Positions 35,101 through 37,551 of a stretch of DNA of 37,551 bases are shown piece by piece. Both the position numbers and the translations under genes were made by a program. The stretch's first letter is position 1. Every line of letters starts with the position of its first letter. Source of the stretch: a virus (Duplodnaviria > Caudoviricetes); IMG/VR virus record IMGVR_UViG_3300021425_000081, positions 1-37,551 of that record, one strand, 5' to 3'. Under the pieces are notes generated by a model. The model searched no databases and was not told the DNA's origin. It saw only the letters and a list, made by a program, of their open reading frames with translations.

Positions 35101-35707
35101 CACATCGACAAGCCCAGCCCCCTGGTCGGTCATTGATCGAGTCGAAGACATGGCGCTGGTCAACGACGTGGATATCAGCGGTGAGATCAGCCTGACCCGA
35201 CAAATCAGCCACACATTCCCCGACACAACGACCTACCTAAGCACGGCGATGGTGCTGGGCGACCTCCAGGCTCGGGTGACTAACGTGTTCGACCAGGCAA
35301 CCTGGACCAACGAGTGGTCCGATTTATTGATAGGCAACGAGCCATCGGCTGAATACGACAACACGACCTACCCGATCGAGGTGGACAACCGCGGCACGCT
35401 TTACCAGCGATGGGCCCTGGTATTCACCGGATCGACTAGCTTTAACATTATCGGCGAGACCGTCGGTAACGTGGGCGTGGGCAACACCTCGTCCGACATA
35501 GCACCGACTAACCCAAACACCAGCACGCCGTACTTCACCATCCGATCGCTTGGGTGGGGCGCGGGCTGGGCGGCAGGCAACGTCCTGCGATTTAACACGA
35601 TCTCAAGCAACTACCCCGTATGGATTGCGCGAAGCGTCTCGCAGTCCAACCCAACCGACACTCCCGATCAATTCCGTTTGCAAGTGCGCGGAAACATCAA
35701 CACGTAA
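32138..35707 (+). CDS. Large tail tip/hub protein with repeated beta domains
   Basis: KSQRMTD..DGGGR...F.DI..LDR..G.VSLRK N-terminus; repeats VDYDTG, GTVNYETG, GTIDYTGG, GGINYGTG and GTINYETG; GLDPVRLP.DGR; GWG.GW..GN.LRFNT. Confidence 0.8.
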   Translation: MPIGKDNLKLMKSQRMTDNDDGGGRITGTQIIDNVSNEIFDDITDLDRVTGNVSLRKIYPWVDTTDTDGYFGANIILANTPDDEYVDITMMKTGDFDDERAQAQEKIERYLVKANQSDYGLLGNHFQGQRSLNWFAIEQRLPPSPGETYTLENAAGTQQEYVRLVDVDAELTTFVKFDVNGNLKEFQAWNIVAEISAPIVYDYIGGDAEEDGVTKQASEDEEPAPIFNTQVADAARYYGIKPLTQPASIGDTKVYVDSLFSSIVPAGQAEQPLVDENAAVARVINRPITAQPLTANNETWSNTGDSFAKSIYLPTAIVPGTLTITMLGGGGGTSTHQDVAKNGTLTRTAGTAYQDNMTVDYDTGIVTATAAFSGGGPQAINYSYTPGEKVSSTIVSDLEYVTAVTRGFNYSKSFPADTPAPGSLVVAYMVFGEWYELTDDGYGQITGAGSGTVNYETGTIQVTLQELPDVDSYIIYQFVPEDPGAIADLTGTQTSPLFYNLQTANEDKINPGSVVVTYTSGATQYTADDSDLVNNDATLAGDGSGTIDYTGGTVTFTPDRIPDPGTDIQLDYETSTYDSTTILNANIVKKTAQTGTVPAGTGITHLSIIYTSTYTLPVNAVGDENTITQKILIASDGAGGLRYKLLDQGGTWIALPNSTFDLSTGAYSIQWPIYQIEYRKYGFGGIFTETKNLRLWPNDPNTDLEIRTRFNDASTASATPVTAQTSSVQMTLPVSNIQGLLRGSLVFDWLDNRYYDDGQGNLLVNYDHSDGTSTIAGGINYGTGQVSINSFSQVGGLQTDLVVVAAGGIRRIRRVDQLIFRTLGAPIRPQSFQISAVSLDEDVPNPVASIQADADGNFDTGDDAIVGTINYETGVVSATFDPDVDPFQILYNAVQLVFLPLDPEIVGLDPVRLPQDGRIPIYRTGDIVVVHNEKTTEVATPTANDVIDAGRARLAEVRIYDANGDIVPATQYTEDLDAGTVTLADPIDTSTSPAPWSVIDRVEDMALVNDVDISGEISLTRQISHTFPDTTTYLSTAMVLGDLQARVTNVFDQATWTNEWSDLLIGNEPSAEYDNTTYPIEVDNRGTLYQRWALVFTGSTSFNIIGETVGNVGVGNTSSDIAPTNPNTSTPYFTIRSLGWGAGWAAGNVLRFNTISSNYPVWIARSVSQSNPTDTPDQFRLQVRGNINT

Positions 35708-35717
35708 GGAATAGAAA

Positions 35718-37058
35718 ATGGCTACCTTCCCCGTTAAATGGTTTTCCGGCGAAATGCAGACCGCACCCGCACTCAGCGGTCGATACGAGACAGGCTGGAC
35801 CTCCTCCGCGCCTTACCTAAACATGGTGCCAGGCGAAATCACGACAGCGCTCAAAGCGTTTTTAATTGACGGTTTCGGCGAGACCGCTGCCACCGACATC
35901 ACATACGACTCAGGCACCGATCGCGTCACCGTGACCTTTGCAACGGCGCACGAGTTTAAAAAGTACAGCGTGATCGAGGTCAGTGGGGCCGACCAGGCGC
36001 AGTACAACGGCGAATTCCGAGTCACCGCAGTGACACCGACGACGCTACAGTACCAGCCCGACTCAGCACCGGCGGCAACACCAGCGACGACCGGCACAGC
36101 GTTCAGCGTCAAACTGCCACCCGTCGATGGCTGGGAATTGATCGACGACGACAACGCAACGAACCAGCGCATCGTCCTGGGTCGGACCGCTGCCGACGCC
36201 ACCCCTTACAAGATCCTGGTGCGGAACGACCAGAACTACGGCTACGTAGATTTCGGCAGTAGCGTCGCAAGCCAGGCCGCGAGCTACGCCAAAATTGAGG
36301 TCATCGATAACTTCGTCGATTACGACACCTACGACACGGTGCTGACCCACTACATCCCCAGCTGGAGCAACGGCTACGGATCGACAAGCACAAACCAAAC
36401 GAACGTCGGCTACTTCGGCAACCGCGAGCCGTACTATTTCTACGCCGACGCGTACTGCTGGTATTGGCACATTCCGTACACCTATTACGGCCAGCTAACC
36501 GGCCCCTATTTCTGCGGCGACATCGAGTCGGTCAGACCAGGCGACCGCGGGCACTTTATGTGCAACGGCGTCTACGCCGAAGGCCCTAACATGGACACGA
36601 CTAGCTGGTCAGGAGCAGGCCGATTGTTCACCGGCGGATCGACGCAATACGAGAGCGCAAATCGAGCAGGCGCACAGGTAGCAACAAATTTTGGCAACGT
36701 ACCAGGATCGGTCAGAGCATCGACAGTGGTGCCGTTCTCGTGGCAAAAGTACCCGTCGCTTTTATTGCGCTACCCGAACCCAGCCAACTCGGGCCTTTAC
36801 ATTTCCAAAGAGCGCACGCTCGTTTGCACCAACGAATTCGGAAGCAACTTGTACCAGTCGAACGCAACGCTTCGTGGCTTTATGCCAGGCTTTGTTTCAA
36901 CGCCGCAGTACGGCGGAGCTTTGCACGAGCAAGTGATCGAGGGCGTTCCAGGATTTGGCACCACGCCGATCCATTGCACGCGTTTGTACGGCTACATCCA
37001 CACCGAATACTTCATGAGCATGATCAGACTCGATCAATGGCGCGACTTGCCACAGTAA
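35718..37058 (+). CDS. Tail fibre/receptor-binding protein
   Basis: VKWF...M..AP.L N-terminus, beta domain (AH.F...I.VSGA....YNGEFRV), aromatic-rich C-terminal region ending LRGFMPG. Confidence 0.7.
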   Translation: MATFPVKWFSGEMQTAPALSGRYETGWTSSAPYLNMVPGEITTALKAFLIDGFGETAATDITYDSGTDRVTVTFATAHEFKKYSVIEVSGADQAQYNGEFRVTAVTPTTLQYQPDSAPAATPATTGTAFSVKLPPVDGWELIDDDNATNQRIVLGRTAADATPYKILVRNDQNYGYVDFGSSVASQAASYAKIEVIDNFVDYDTYDTVLTHYIPSWSNGYGSTSTNQTNVGYFGNREPYYFYADAYCWYWHIPYTYYGQLTGPYFCGDIESVRPGDRGHFMCNGVYAEGPNMDTTSWSGAGRLFTGGSTQYESANRAGAQVATNFGNVPGSVRASTVVPFSWQKYPSLLLRYPNPANSGLYISKERTLVCTNEFGSNLYQSNATLRGFMPGFVSTPQYGGALHEQVIEGVPGFGTTPIHCTRLYGYIHTEYFMSMIRLDQWRDLPQ

Positions 37059-37070
37059 GGGAGCGGAGCA

Positions 37071-37551
37071 ATGCCAACACCGCTAGGTTATTACACGCTA
37101 GACGGCACCCTCACTGACGTTAACTACGGCGGTGCCACGCTGACCCAGGGCGACGTTACATTCGGCCTGGTAAAGCCCACAGCCGCCAACCAGGGCCTCA
37201 CAGCAAGCCAGAGCGGCGACGGGCAAAGCATCGGCTACGAGTACGCAAGCGAGGGCACCGTGTTCGGTGTTTTTGACGTCCAGAGCGACGGCACCATTAT
37301 GGGTCAGTACGACGGGGTCAACGGCGTCAAGGTCAAGCAAGAAAACGGCGTTTTGGTCCTGGCGGTAGATCAGCAGATTTACACGTCGACGTTTAGCGCG
37401 TTCGACAGCCCGATACGTTTATCGTTGGGATGGAACGACACCCACACCGCCCTGGTTGCAGACGGTAGCATCGTCGCCTTGATCGAGGCGGTGCCCACTT
37501 TGCCCGCTGCCGACTTCCACGTCTTCGGCGACTCGCTAGGCGGCAACAGCA
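37071..37551 (+). CDS. Tail-associated protein, possibly ConA/LamG-like (runs off window)
   Basis: Not in ORF track; GGAG RBS; MPTPLGYYTLDGTLTDVNYGGATLT...EGTVFG...LSLGWNDTHTALVADG; open to the end. Confidence 0.65.
   Translation, partial: MPTPLGYYTLDGTLTDVNYGGATLTQGDVTFGLVKPTAANQGLTASQSGDGQSIGYEYASEGTVFGVFDVQSDGTIMGQYDGVNGVKVKQENGVLVLAVDQQIYTSTFSAFDSPIRLSLGWNDTHTALVADGSIVALIEAVPTLPAADFHVFGDSLGGNS

Noticed and set aside
28395-35610. Numerous antisense and alternate-frame ORFs across the tail genes
   Set aside because: Expected shadows of GC-rich coding sequence, with no RBS or recognisable domains.
1-37551. tRNA, rRNA, CRISPR array, IS element, intron/intein, stop-codon recoding
   Set aside because: None recognised by eye. 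Core genes have ordinary lengths and all three stop codons end genes. tRNAscan and Infernal were not run.

Overview
The window is a continuous stretch of a tailed dsDNA phage or prophage genome with standard genetic code, GC-rich coding regions and short AT-rich intergenic control regions. Left end (minus strand): a YqaJ/lambda-exonuclease gene running off the edge (absent from the ORF track) and a CI-like repressor. Everything else is on the plus strand. In order: O/P-like replication genes with iterons, RuvC-like resolvase, Mor/C-family late activator, lysis genes with a non-canonical YkuD-type endolysin, ParB-methyltransferase, terminases, Mu-like portal, and a 1088-aa MuF head protein carrying both a kinase-like and an ADP-ribosyltransferase domain, followed by a small acidic candidate immunity gene. 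About 9 kb then separate MuF from the head protease: a phosphoesterase/DUF6378 cluster, an 8-gene fibre cassette and an SSB-containing island. The rest is Mu-like protease/scaffold, decoration protein, capsid, neck genes and a non-contractile tail (tube, tape measure with no adjacent chaperone gene, distal tail, tip, receptor-binding proteins). Non-coding signals read by eye include two separate dispersed motif families (clustered ACCGG boxes at sigma70-like promoters, and a GGAAGTTTCCCA-type box at fixed distance from a -10), an apparent complete absence of CCSGG sites, a perfect DnaA box and a candidate sRNA. Family assignments come from motif recognition only; no searches were run.
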